In this document: in pieces, positions 1 through 10,696 of the stretch
Numbering within the stretch: position 1 is the first letter of the stretch
How the letters are laid out: every line of letters begins with the position of its first letter
NCBI GenBank assembly: GCA_002269645.1
Contig: NIVC01004873.1
Location: 1-32,659, forward strand
Length of the DNA stretch: 32,659 nucleotides
Reading direction: 5' to 3'
DNA from: Macrostomum lignano
Lineage: Eukaryota
Notes under the pieces: model-generated
The model's input: only the letters and a program-made list of their open reading frames with translations
Told to the model about the DNA's origin: nothing
Database searches by the model: none
Program-made: the position numbers and the translations under genes

Positions 1-1206
1 TCTCGTTTGAGTGTAGGTTCTGGTTTAGGCAGGGGTTAGGAGTCTTCTCCGTGGTCCTGTTCGGTTCCTTTTTTTCTTCTTCAGCTGAAATCCGCTTGCC
101 AGTGCGTAATTAAAACATTATTACTAATCGTTTGTCTCGTTATCATTTTCCGCTATTATCAGTTCGAAATTATCTGCGCCGCAAATTGCTTTGAGAATCT
201 TGTAACTTGGAGTTATCAAATTAAACCGTCAATAAGATTTAGCTATTCTCATTAGGATTATCACTCTCTAAATCTATTCGGTTCGTGTTCCCTCGTGTTC
301 TTTCTTTTCTTGTACTGTACCTGTGACTATTGGAGAAAGACTGGTAGGACTCGCCGACCGGCGATAGGCAATTAGGGCCAATAGCTTTAAAATCTCCGAA
401 CGCTCCAAGTAGGTTTGTCTAATTGCCTTTTATCACACTCGTGAGAGAGTTGCAGTCCCGCGTAGTCAACAGTCCAAAGATCCAGTGGACGAGTTCGGCT
501 TCAATTGTTGGACTCGACGCACACAGGGGGGCGTACAGATTCGTCGCTGATTTAAAGGGTCCTCCGTTTGTCGGTTTGCTGCGCAGTATCTCCAGGGGTT
601 GGATGGAGCAATGCACTTCCAAACTATCCAATTGGCATGATGAAGGACTGCTTTGGTGAATTTCTCAACATCCTGGCCGGCAACATCCAAGCTGCACTCA
701 ATGTGCCAGCATACATTATCTACGAGCCATTTTATTTGCAGAGCCATTTTATTTGCACACCCGTGCAGATAGTGCTGACACCTGGCATCGCGGCCAGATC
801 ATCAGGCCGCGGATGACCTCGTTTGGCTCGGATGGCCCCGCCTCTGCTGCGGCAGCAAAGCTCATCACAGCAGGGACTCGCAGAGGTCAGCGCAGCGCGC
901 AACGCCGCACTGAGCGGCGGCGCGAGCGCAACCGGCGAGGGCGACTCCGTGGCGCGGCCAGGCGCCTGTTGTCCGCAGTCCCTGCTACCTCAACTATGGA
1001 TCCGCCGGGTGGCGCCGGGGACCACGAGGCCAACCTCCATCTGGCCCCTATTCCTAAGGGATTGGATAGGATCTGCGGACCGATTCCAATACCCTTAGAG
1101 GATTATCAATTGATGATTTTGGTACCCTAGAGTAACCGATAGGGGCACACGACTCCGATTCCGTTATTTAAAGAAGAAGACGCCCTTTCTTGAGAACCTC
1201 GAATCT

Positions 1207-2140
1207 GTGTTTAAAAAGAAATTTGTCAAACAGCAGCACAACAGTAACAGCTCTGAAAACTTCTTTATTTCACGCAACATATTGGCAGCTGCAGGTAAAA
1301 GTAAACGCAATTGTTATCTAAAGTACGTTACTACTAAAAATATCAATAAAACCAACTGCAAGACAGCAGAAACCGGTACATTAGCTTGGCTGGTACATAT
1401 TTGGAAGTTTTAAAATTCAATAAAAGTTATCACAGTTATTATCAGGACTCATAAAGCCTCCAATATTAGATGAGACAGATGAGTAGCAATGCATGCAATT
1501 GAGCACTGTCAAGCATCAGATTTGCAACAACTCACATGTTAAAGTCAAACACTTGAGAATGCTTTGAGTCAAACTGTCTGAATAGAACAGATACAAATCA
1601 TATTTTATTGGAGCACGGCTTAACAAATAAACTCTAACAGCAACTTTGAGTAGCCTCAAGCGGCAGAAGCTCTGATGAGACAAAAATCTGGTGCCAGCAT
1701 TCATGTTTAGAATGTCACCTGATTATTCGCTTATTCTTCACTTATTCACGAAGGTAGCCAGAATAACCTGGTAGCTTAGAAGTTAAACCCACAGATGAAC
1801 CTCCTAATCAATCATAATCACAGATTAACTCTACAAGCAGATTGGTGTCACCTCAGTTTGTGAGAGGAAAACCAAATCAACGCGTCAATGTAAAGTCTGC
1901 TAACAGAATTCACGAAAATTGGTGCTCCGAGTTTGTAACTGAAATTCTGAAATTTGGCAAAGCATGAAATTTCGTAAAGCAGATCCATTTAAAAATCAAA
2001 GACGAGCTCATTTTCTATTCTGTGCTCACAGGCTGCGGTAAAACAGCTCCAATTAATTGGTCCAACATGCAGATTATAAAAATAAAAATTTGTAATACAG
2101 CAAAAACATGGCGATAACAGGTAAATTCACAATCATCCGC
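1207..2140. repeat. Approximately 0.95-kb non-coding 3' spacer module, also at about 4368-5370, 18054-18980 and 20937-22005
   Basis: All four copies begin GTGTTTAAAA.GAAATTTGTC and share CCAACTGCAAGACAGCAGAAACCGGTACATTAGCTTGGCTGGT. Defines a basic gene+spacer unit of about 3.2 kb. Confidence 0.85.
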
Positions 2141-2142
2141 CG

Positions 2143-3678
2143 TCAATCAGCAGAACCAGTTGAAACTCGGTAAAATCTGATGGAGAGGCTTTCTTCCTGG
2201 CACACGGCAAGCAGCTCGGAGTGGCCTTCAACGATGGCCAAGCCATAAGGACGGTTTATTTTGTCTTCGCTACTGTCAGCCTCGCCCTCGACTCCGACAG
2301 TCTGCAGCACAGTGCCGTCACTACGCATCACACGAACCACATGATTAAAACACTCGCTGACGAACACCAGACCCGAGCGATGAGCAGCGACTCCTGCAGG
2401 ACTCTGAAGCTTATCAAAACGACTTCGCTTAGTCGGGTAGGTAGAGATCAGCTGACCGCTGTCAATGCACACTTTGTAGAGCTTACCAGCTTCCCAATCG
2501 GTAATCAGCACCGCATGGTCGATGATCGACATGGATTCGTGAAATATTTGTTCATAAGGCACGCCACCGACAGGAACGCAGGTCTGCAGCTGGCCGCTGT
2601 CTTTGTCGATGCACAGCAGCTGCATTTCCGAGCCGCTTTTGTCCAGAGCAATTATCTTGTCAGAGCTGCAGGTCAGCCCAATAAAAATCACAGGCCGTCC
2701 GAGGCTGCTCGAGTTGATCTCAAGCGACACCTGACCGCTCAGGTCCGACACCTTCACACAGTTTATCTGCGAGACGTACAGAGCTTGGCGCTTGCTGTCA
2801 CAGCAGAGTCCTGTGATTAGCGTGGACCAGTCGAGGTCGGCTTGAACTTTCAGCCTCACGGATCCGTCAATCGAACACGCGAGAAGGTAATCCAGATCGG
2901 ATCCCAAAGTAAAAGCTACGAACAGACACGTCTCGGGAAGCATCTGTGCACCATCGACCGCAGACTCCGCCTTCACCACTTTGCTGCCTGAAGCATCAGG
3001 GGAGAAGCCCTTCGTGTTGCTGCAGCATGAAACCCAAACAGGCGAACCATCGAGTCCCCGAATTTCGCTGTGGAACTCACAAATGCTCTGCTTCTCCTCG
3101 CTCAGCGGACCAACACTCTCGCACAGCTTCATCACATCGCTCAGCTGCCTGTCAATCAGCAGCTGCAAGTCTCTCACGCCTCCGCTCACGTCGCCAATGT
3201 CTCTGCCGACTTGCTCAAAGCTGTCTCTCTTTTCATCCAAGTCGCCGCACTCCGCACTCACTGCAGCTGAGAGTGAGAGCATTGTCTTCAGGTCAGCATT
3301 GGCCTCAGCTTCAGTAAGGCCAATCTCATACTCCTGCAGCACTGACAGCTCATTCAGCTTCTGCAGGCTGCTCTCATGTCTCACAGTCAATCGGTTGAGC
3401 ACAGATTCCTTGTAGGTGAGCAGCGACTCCACAGCCGACTCGAACAGCTGCTCGACGCTCTGCAGCTCGGCTGCCAGCGCTCGCTGATGAACTCGAAGGC
3501 CGTCTTGCAGACTCTTCAGCGGCTGCAGCTGCTCGAGCGCCTTCTGTGCGAGGTAGCGCACCGCGGCAGCGTCCTGAGCCACGTGTCTCTCGCACAGGGG
3601 CTCTGGGAGGCGAACGCCGGTACCGGTCGGGGCAGCGCTGCAGCCTCTGATGAAGCAGCTCGAGCTCGAGTCGGACAT
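2143..3678 (-). CDS. Paralog A1: intact 511-aa C3H-module/coiled-coil/NHL-like beta-propeller protein (RING-less TRIM-NHL-like)
   Basis: Open frame. The ATG at 3678 (MSDSSSS) is chosen over the ORF-track start 3717 because paralogs A2 and A3 start at the same Met. N-terminal CFIRGC-x15-CERH, heptad-rich helical segment, C-terminal NHL-like blades ([22 protein letters not shown]; RPYGLAIV; VLITDW..KLYKV). No introns. Confidence 0.85.
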   Translation of the reverse strand: MSDSSSSCFIRGCSAAPTGTGVRLPEPLCERHVAQDAAAVRYLAQKALEQLQPLKSLQDGLRVHQRALAAELQSVEQLFESAVESLLTYKESVLNRLTVRHESSLQKLNELSVLQEYEIGLTEAEANADLKTMLSLSAAVSAECGDLDEKRDSFEQVGRDIGDVSGGVRDLQLLIDRQLSDVMKLCESVGPLSEEKQSICEFHSEIRGLDGSPVWVSCCSNTKGFSPDASGSKVVKAESAVDGAQMLPETCLFVAFTLGSDLDYLLACSIDGSVRLKVQADLDWSTLITGLCCDSKRQALYVSQINCVKVSDLSGQVSLEINSSSLGRPVIFIGLTCSSDKIIALDKSGSEMQLLCIDKDSGQLQTCVPVGGVPYEQIFHESMSIIDHAVLITDWEAGKLYKVCIDSGQLISTYPTKRSRFDKLQSPAGVAAHRSGLVFVSECFNHVVRVMRSDGTVLQTVGVEGEADSSEDKINRPYGLAIVEGHSELLAVCQEESLSIRFYRVSTGSAD

Positions 3679-5371
3679 TGTGCTTGAAGTCTTGAAGAAG
3701 GTGCTGAAAATGTGCAAAATCGTTTCAGTATCGAATCTGCCTGGCTAAAATACTTCATAATTGTTTCGATTGAAGTTTATCAGCTGCGGAAACACATCAG
3801 CATAGCGCAGGACCAGCTCAGTGACTTTGCAATACAAGAAGGGGATGTCAGCGCAGTCGAAATCCCAGAGCGGATTCTGTGCCGAATCCCATCGGATTGG
3901 CCCCAAGGGTGTCAGAAAATCCTCCTTTTCAGCTCCAGAAGGATGACTAAAGAAAATGAGGAACTTGTGCAACTTAAGCCGTACGAAATCGTAAGTATCT
4001 GAGTTTGAGTTCTTTGTGTTTACCTCATAAAATATGACACACTCAGCCCAGCTGCACGTCGCAAACAATGTCCTGTGTTCTCCAGACAGAGGTGTCCCAA
4101 CATGAACAGACAAGAACTCGGATATTTCTTGTCTTTGTGTCGAAATCTGAATGCTACAGGGCAATATTTTATACTTTCAGAGCTTATTTACTGACAAGAA
4201 GAGGGTGCAGAGAGCAGCTAGAAGAGCTCACATGGCGGGCAGAGAAGTTCTGCTCAGCCTTATGGCGGGTGGAGTCTCACTTTAGGCAGGGCAGCTGATA
4301 AAGTTTTGAGGGGTTTCAGGTCTACTCAACTGGCACTTGTTGATCATCTGATGCTGACTGCATGATCGTGTTTAAAATGAAATTTGTCAAACAGCATCAC
4401 AACAGTAACAGCTCTGCAAACTGATGTATTTGAGGCAACATTGGCTGCTGCTGGTAAAAGTACACGCAGTTGTTAGCTAAAGTACATCACTAGTCACAAA
4501 AAATCAATAAACCCAACTGCAAGACAGCAGAAACCGGTACATTAGCTTGGCTGGTAAAGATTTGGAAGTTTTAAAATTCAATAAAAGTTATCACAGATGT
4601 CATCAGGACTCATAAAAACCTTCAAGATTCGTTAGCTCGTAGTACAGATGAGTAGCAATGCATGCAATTGAGCACTGATCAGGCATCAGATTAGCAACAA
4701 CTCGCATGGTGCAGATAAACACTTGAGAATGCTTTGAGTCAAACTGTCTGTGCTGAATAACAAAGTCGTCAAACAAAGCCTTACGAAGCTGGCAGCCTTG
4801 ATTCTTCATCAGAGCAGCGCCTGAACTGCGCTGAGTTCGTCGACAAATCAGAAGATGTTTGAGTTTGGCCTAACAAATAAAATCCAATGGCCGAAATCTA
4901 TAGCCAGCATTCATGTCGAAATGCCACCTGATTTACTCGCTAATTCAACACTCATTCACCCAGGTAGCCAGAAGAACTTAGCTGCCACCAAGTTAAACTC
5001 ACAAATGAAACTCCCATTCATATTCTAGCAAAATCTAAACATTTTGGTGTCAGCTGAGTTTGTGCGAACAAAACCAATTAATAAATTAGTCAACGCCTCA
5101 ATGCAAAATCTGCAACCAAACTTGACAGAAATTTGCTACGGTACGTTGCAGTGGCAAGGATGGCACGAGATCGTGACTGAAATTGTCAAATTTTGTAAAG
5201 CAGATTCATTTAAAATCAAAGACGAGCTCCTTTTTTCCGTGCTTACGGACTACGGTAAAAAAGATTTAATTAATTGGTCCAGCACGCAGAATTTAAAAAT
5301 AAAATTTGTGATACAGCAAAAACATTCCAATTCACAGCTGAATGGAACTGCTGATTCACAATCATCCGCTG

Positions 5372-6906
5372 TCAATAGGCAGACCCAGTTGACACTCTGT
5401 AAAATCTGATGGACTTTCCATTCGGTTGGCAGACGGCAAGCAGCTCTGAGTCGCCTTGAACGATTGCCAAGCCACATGGATTGTCCATTCTATCTTCGCC
5501 ACTGCCGGCCTCACCCTCGACTCCAACAGTCTGCAGCACAGTGCCGTTACTTTGCATCACACGAACCACATCCCTTAACAACTCGCTGACAAACACCAGA
5601 CCCGAGCGATGAGCCGCGACTCCTGTAGGACTCAGAAGCTTATCAAGACGACTTCGCTTGGTCGGGTAGGTCGAGATCAGCTGACCGCTGGCGATGCACA
5701 CTTTGTAGAGCTTGTCAGCTGTCCAATCGGTGATCAGCACCGCATGGTCATAAAAAGACATGGATTCTGAGCGATCTGAAAACACAGGCACGTCACTGAT
5801 AGAAATGCAGGACTGCAGCTGGCCGCTGTCTTTGTCGATGCACAGCAGCTGCATTTCCGAGCCGCTTTTGTCCAGAGCAATTATCTTGTCAGAGCTGCAG
5901 GTCAGTCCCATAAATCTGACAGGCCGTCCGATGCTGCTCGACTCCATCTCAAGCGATACCTGACCGCTCAGGTCCGACGCCTTCACCCAGTTTTTTTGCG
6001 AGATGTACAGAGCTTGGCGCTTGCTGTCACAGCAAAGTCCTGTGATTGGCTTGGACCAGTCGAGGTCGGCTTGAACTTTCAGCCTCACGGATCCGTCAAT
6101 CGAACACGCGAGAAGGTAATCCAAATCATCAAACGATACGACCAGACACAGCTCGGGAAGCATCTGTGCCGCATCGACTGCAGGCTCCGCCTTCACCACT
6201 TTGCTGCCTGAAGCATCAGCGGAGAAGCCCTTCGTGTTGCTGGAGCATGAAATTAATTTAGGTTTACCATTGAGTTCTTGGATCTCGCTGTGAAACTCAC
6301 AAATGTTCAGCTCGCTCAGCAGACCAGCTGACTCGCACAGCTTCATTGCATCCTCAAAATGCCTGTCGATGCTCAGCTGCAAGTCTCTCAGAGCTCCGCA
6401 AACGTCGCCCAGCTTCACTTGTCCTTGTTCGTCTTCGCTAGACACCGCGTCCTCGAGATCGCAGCACTCCAGCTCCATGCGCGAGGACAGCTCAAGGCGC
6501 CTCGAAGGTCGCTGGCGCTTTCCGCCGCTGCTATCGAGCTGTCGAACTCCTGCAGCACTGCAAAGTCGCTCAGCTTCTGCCTTGCTGCGTCAGTTCTGGC
6601 AGTGAGTCGACTCGTCACAGCTTCCTTGTGCTTCATCAGCGACTCAATGGCGGCATTGAGCAGATCCTCAGCCACCTGTAGCTCTGCTTCCAACACCTGC
6701 ACGTCCATTCTTAGACGGTCGCGGACGAGCCTCAGAGGCTGCAGCCTCGCCTCAACTCTGTCATGAATTTCACGCACTCTGTCGGAGTCTCGGTCCAGGT
6801 GTCTCTGGCACAGAGGCTGCGGTGTCTGAGCTCCGATGCCAGAAGCTGCTTCGTTGCAGGTGGCCAGGGAGCAGCCCTGACTGCCTGCTTGAGTGGCTTC
6901 GGTCAT
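5372..6906 (-). pseudogene. Paralog B1: same architecture with B-type N-terminus (MTEATQAG); one 1-nt deletion near 6495 splits the frame (pseudogene or consensus error)
   Basis: ORFs 6415..6990 and 5372..6478 join. Between TCCATGCG and CCTCGAAG B1 has 18 nt where B2 has 19. Restoring one base gives 1536 nt (511 aa). CSLATC-x15-CQRH is present. Confidence 0.8.
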
Positions 6907-8520
6907 TGCTCTTCTGAGCTGAAGCGGAGAGGTTGGGAGAAGCTGAGAGGCATTGTGAATTATATGCTCAGGAAATTGCAGAAGCTGCACTTTTACAAGC
7001 GTAGTCAGGTGGAGGGGCTCAGAAACTCATCTGGCCTAAAATAATGGGCTGAAGAGCTCGTTGGAAATACCGATCTCTTTCAATCATGACATACTCGTAT
7101 TTTTTTTTTGTTCCCTACTAAAACTGAACATTCTGTCTCTCTCTCCTGCTGCTGCAGACGTAACTTGATACTATGAGAATGAGAATTTTAGAGAAAATCC
7201 CATGATTAAACTTTAAATGATGACAGAAAAGTTGCAGTCGTCCTCCTTGCACACTAGTGAGTCTTCAGCAAAGTTAATTAATAAATATTGGGTTTGCTGC
7301 TCGCTAAAGTTTGGTCTGGTGTAGTTATTTAACCACTTAGCATTGATCCAGAACAGAGTAGGATAATCAATACGAATTTATACTGAGAGTCAGTACAGAG
7401 TTTAATATAAAACTCTGTACTGAGGTATTAGCTGACCTGCATACAAGAACAATAGTAAGCATTAAAAAGGTACATAACTAAAAACATTTTAATCAAGCAA
7501 TAAAAGTCAAAAGTGCAGTATAATTTGAACTTCTAACTTTTATATAGAATTTGGTGCATATACCTTTTAGATCTATTGGATTTTTCACTGATGACTTTGT
7601 TTTCATTTTAAAAACAAGCCACTTTCAATGCTTCAAAAACCAGAAAATTTTCCATAAGTGTATTTAACTAATTCCTAATTCATTTATGCTTACAGATAAA
7701 TCGGAAATAAATACTGACCCATCTGTTTGTTCTGAGACACACTAAAACTTTAATACAATAAATTTTGTTTTTGTGTAAGGGTATTGTAAATTTTTACATT
7801 TGAATTGTAAGTTGAAGCAAGTTTACAGATTTATTGCAATTATTTGCATTTTGAAAATAAGTTAATTAAAAGCAAAGCTTGGATTGTGTCTGAGTCTGAG
7901 TTTTCTCTCTATTTGTTCCAAATTATAAATCGATTCATAACGCAGTCAAAGGTAAGGTAAGGTATATAAAACTTAATATTATTGTTCGGAATAAGTAATA
8001 GTATGCATGTCAGCATCGACACGTCGTATTGGCTATTTGTTTTAGTTAGCAACGCGCATACTGCTTCCTTTAATATTCGCTCGTACATAACCGTCTTTTC
8101 GAGTAAATATATAAATAAAACCACGACTAAGGTTTCAAGTTAAGCGCGTGCGCAACATACACTAATGAAAACAGTGAATAAGTAAAACAAAAAATGATTA
8201 TATATCGTTAATGTCTGTTAGTTCTTCAAGAGAGGTACAAGTGTAGCAATATATTATTTTACTACCAGCAAATATAATTGAACGATACTCTTTAAAATAC
8301 CTTTACAGTGCACCAACACTAACAAGGCAGAAGGCCTGGCTGCATGTGTGTGTTAAGAAATCGAACAAACATTTGAATTTGAATGCTCATTTGTATGTGA
8401 AACTGGAGGATGTGCATGTACAATTGAATTTCGTCTAATATGGTCGTTGTCCAGCTAGATGTACATGTACACGTAAACCAATTCCTGCCAGTGAAATATA
8501 TTTATTTGTTTGTACATGTA

Positions 8521-9120
8521 CCCGTGGCAGTGAGCAGGGCCGTGTGGCCGGGACGGAGGGGTGAGCTTCTGCCGGGGCCGCCAAAAGCGAACCGCCCAGC
8601 CCGGCAGCATGTCCCCGCGTCTACGTCAGCAGCACGAACCTCAATTTCTGCAACGAGAGTAATACAACCTACGTTCGACAACGGGCGGTGGGCCCAAGTC
8701 ATCGACATCCATGCACAATCGCATCACCTGCTGGACTGCTATTCACAGTCACAGGCGAGTGTGGGACGAGGACTCGCTCTCGGACCATCGTTTTATCCTC
8801 TTTTGCATCGGGCTGACCAAGCAAAAGCCGAAGGTCACCTGGAGCCGGAACTTCAGGAATACCCAAGCGATCAACGAGTTTAAAAGTCAAGTCAGAGGGC
8901 CAAGACGGCCGACCATGTGGCGCCAATAGTGCGGAGGGCTAATTGATGTCACTCAACCTGTAGCCCGAGTGGTAAACAGCACTCACGAGTGACCGTTTTT
9001 AAACTCTGTTGAGGAAGAAACCTGATATCGCTATTTCATTAAGAACTCTGCAGAGACGGCCTACAGACCTCATGGTCGAATCCTCGACCTAGAACGGCCC
9101 ATCTACCATGTGAGGGTTTC
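8521..9120 (+). mobile_element. Degenerate non-LTR retrotransposon fragment (APE endonuclease C-terminal half; LOA/R1-like wording of motifs)
   Basis: Across frameshifts, 8634-8880 reads TNLNFCNESNT-PTFDNGRWAQVIDI...LLFTVTG-RVWDEDSLSDHRFILF...RNFRNT, matching the APE motifs N-x-x-PTF, IDIT/L and SDH. No RT domain is visible. Outer limits are approximate. Confidence 0.75.
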
Positions 9121-9199
9121 CCGACAGATATTCAGACAGATATTCAAAACGATCATCTACTACTTTTAACAAAATGGACCAAACGAACCATATTTTTGG

Positions 9200-9870
9200 C
9201 AGATGTTTACGCATGTGTTTGCAATCAAATGAGCCCAAATTTGTTTTATAAAATAAAAAACTTTACGAAGTGCATTGTTTCAAAGATTGCTTGGCAACAC
9301 CCTGATTCAGCATCTCTTCAACGTTTTCTGAAAATGATTCAATTTTTACATCCCATAAATGTGCCCCGTATCCCAAAAAGACAATGGACTAACTCTTACG
9401 CATGTTTCAGCTGTAAAATGCCGCATCACGCGTCTAATAAAATACTTTACTTCTTGAATTATTTTCTTTTAAAGTGTGCTTGGAGATTTGCTTTTTTGAA
9501 GGCAAGTCAAGAAACAGCGCATATTTGCTGATGTCAGAACTCCATTTCGCTCTCAAATTAAATGAATTTATAGTTCCATTCTTACGCACATCCCAGCTTT
9601 AGAATGACACCATTGAAGCTGAAAAAGAAACAGTATTTCCTGAGATATTCGACTCTAAAGTGTGCTTTGCTTTTGAGTCAATAACGCTTGACGTTGTGTG
9701 TCGAAATATACGCCAAGAAATTGTGACACTATTTTTTGCTTACGAAACATAAAACTTAACTCGCTCTTTTACGCACGTCCCAGCTTTAAAATGACACCTC
9801 AGGCGTCGCCAAAGACGCCTCCGTTCGTGAGATATTCGACTCGAAACATTGCTCGGCGTGCAGGTTAGCT
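9200..9870. repeat. Degenerate tandem repeat of about 187 bp, about 3.5-4 units
   Basis: TTACGCA anchors at about 9207, 9396, 9582 and 9769; AAAG.TGCTT at about 9283, 9470 and 9657; GAGATATTCGACTC at about 9642 and 9830. Confidence 0.6.
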
Positions 9871-9874
9871 AACT

Positions 9875-10696
9875 CGCTGCCACCAGCCCGTACGTCCCGG
9901 CTCACCACCCCGGGACTCTCGAAATCGGGCTTCCGACTAGAAGGGGCTTTGCACTTACCTGCCAACTAGTGTCTTTTTGCTGTCAATCTCGAAGTCATAG
10001 CCGATGATAAGGGACACTGCTGGGACTAGATCGCATTGGCCATGCAGGTACAGAGGGGACTTGTGCAGGGGATTCTTGCAGTGGCGAGACTATGGGGTAG
10101 CTACATGTACTATTACATTGCTAAATACGAAGATATGTACTTTTGGCCTTCAACGCGCCAACTAGCCTCTCCTAGCGCTGATGATAGGCTAACTCGAACA
10201 TCGGAGACCGCATGATTCATTTACCCGAGCCGCTTGGCTACCCTAGAGTGCACAAAGTACATCTCTGGCGCCGATTCTGCACTACTGGCTGTTTTGCTCA
10301 CTGATTTGTTAGATTGATCGACTGAGAACTGCCTTGCCATTGGTTCACTGTGACCGGCGCCTACTAGCTTAGCTACTCATTTGAGCCATCGGCGAACAAA
10401 GAAATAAAACCGATAAAAATAACTGTTAGGGACTCGTCCTTGATGATGATGGGGGAGGTCGCAATCCGGGGATCAAGAAACGACGGTCGCGCTCCGGGAT
10501 GTCTCAATCTAGGCTAAGGTCCCAGGAGGAGTCGAGAGGAGCGCGGAGTTTGGTCCAAGCGGGCCAAAAACACCGGTTTAAATAGCCGCCAACTGGACCG
10601 CAGTTTGTTATAATGGAACACGTCAATTCTGATTCGCTAATCGCTAATCCCAAAGTACTTTTAGGGGTAAAACGCATAGCTGTCAAAGCTGTCACA
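9875..10696 (-). mobile_element. Possible truncated LTR retrotransposon end: LTR-like segment followed by a tRNA-Leu primer-binding site
   Basis: Minus strand starts TGTGACAG at 10696, has a TATA-like CTATTTAAA near 10580, and ends with TGGTGGCAGCG (9885-9875), complementary to the 3' end of eukaryotic tRNA-Leu(AAG/UAG) (...CGCUGCCACCA). No second LTR, TSD or gag-pol seen. Confidence 0.4.

Larger units (their letters stand above)
1046..8520. repeat. Segmental duplication, copy 1 (A1+B1 block with flanks)
   Basis: CCCTATTCCTAAGGG at 1046 matches 17893 (offset 16847). Colinear matches continue through the spacer, A gene, spacer, B gene and AT-rich flank (e.g. TCGATTCA.AACGCAGTCAAAGGT at about 7931 and 24571). 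The left end is sharp; the right end is approximate. Confidence 0.8.

Noticed and set aside
20-40. Telomere-like TTTAGG / GGGTTAGG
   Set aside because: Only one or two units; expected by chance.
1100-1180. Hammerhead ribozyme near the breakpoint hairpin (TTGATGA) and at other CTGATGA sites
   Set aside because: No stem II followed by GAAA core could be built.
2221-3687. Many plus-strand ORFs overlapping the paralogs (also at 5760-7044, 15787-17294, 19060-20517, 22045-23593)
   Set aside because: Antisense shadows of GC-rich coding sequence; they recur only because the genes are duplicated.
3712-4164. Overlapping ORFs upstream of A1 as a divergent small gene
   Set aside because: The frame is not preserved in the homologous regions upstream of A2 and A3.
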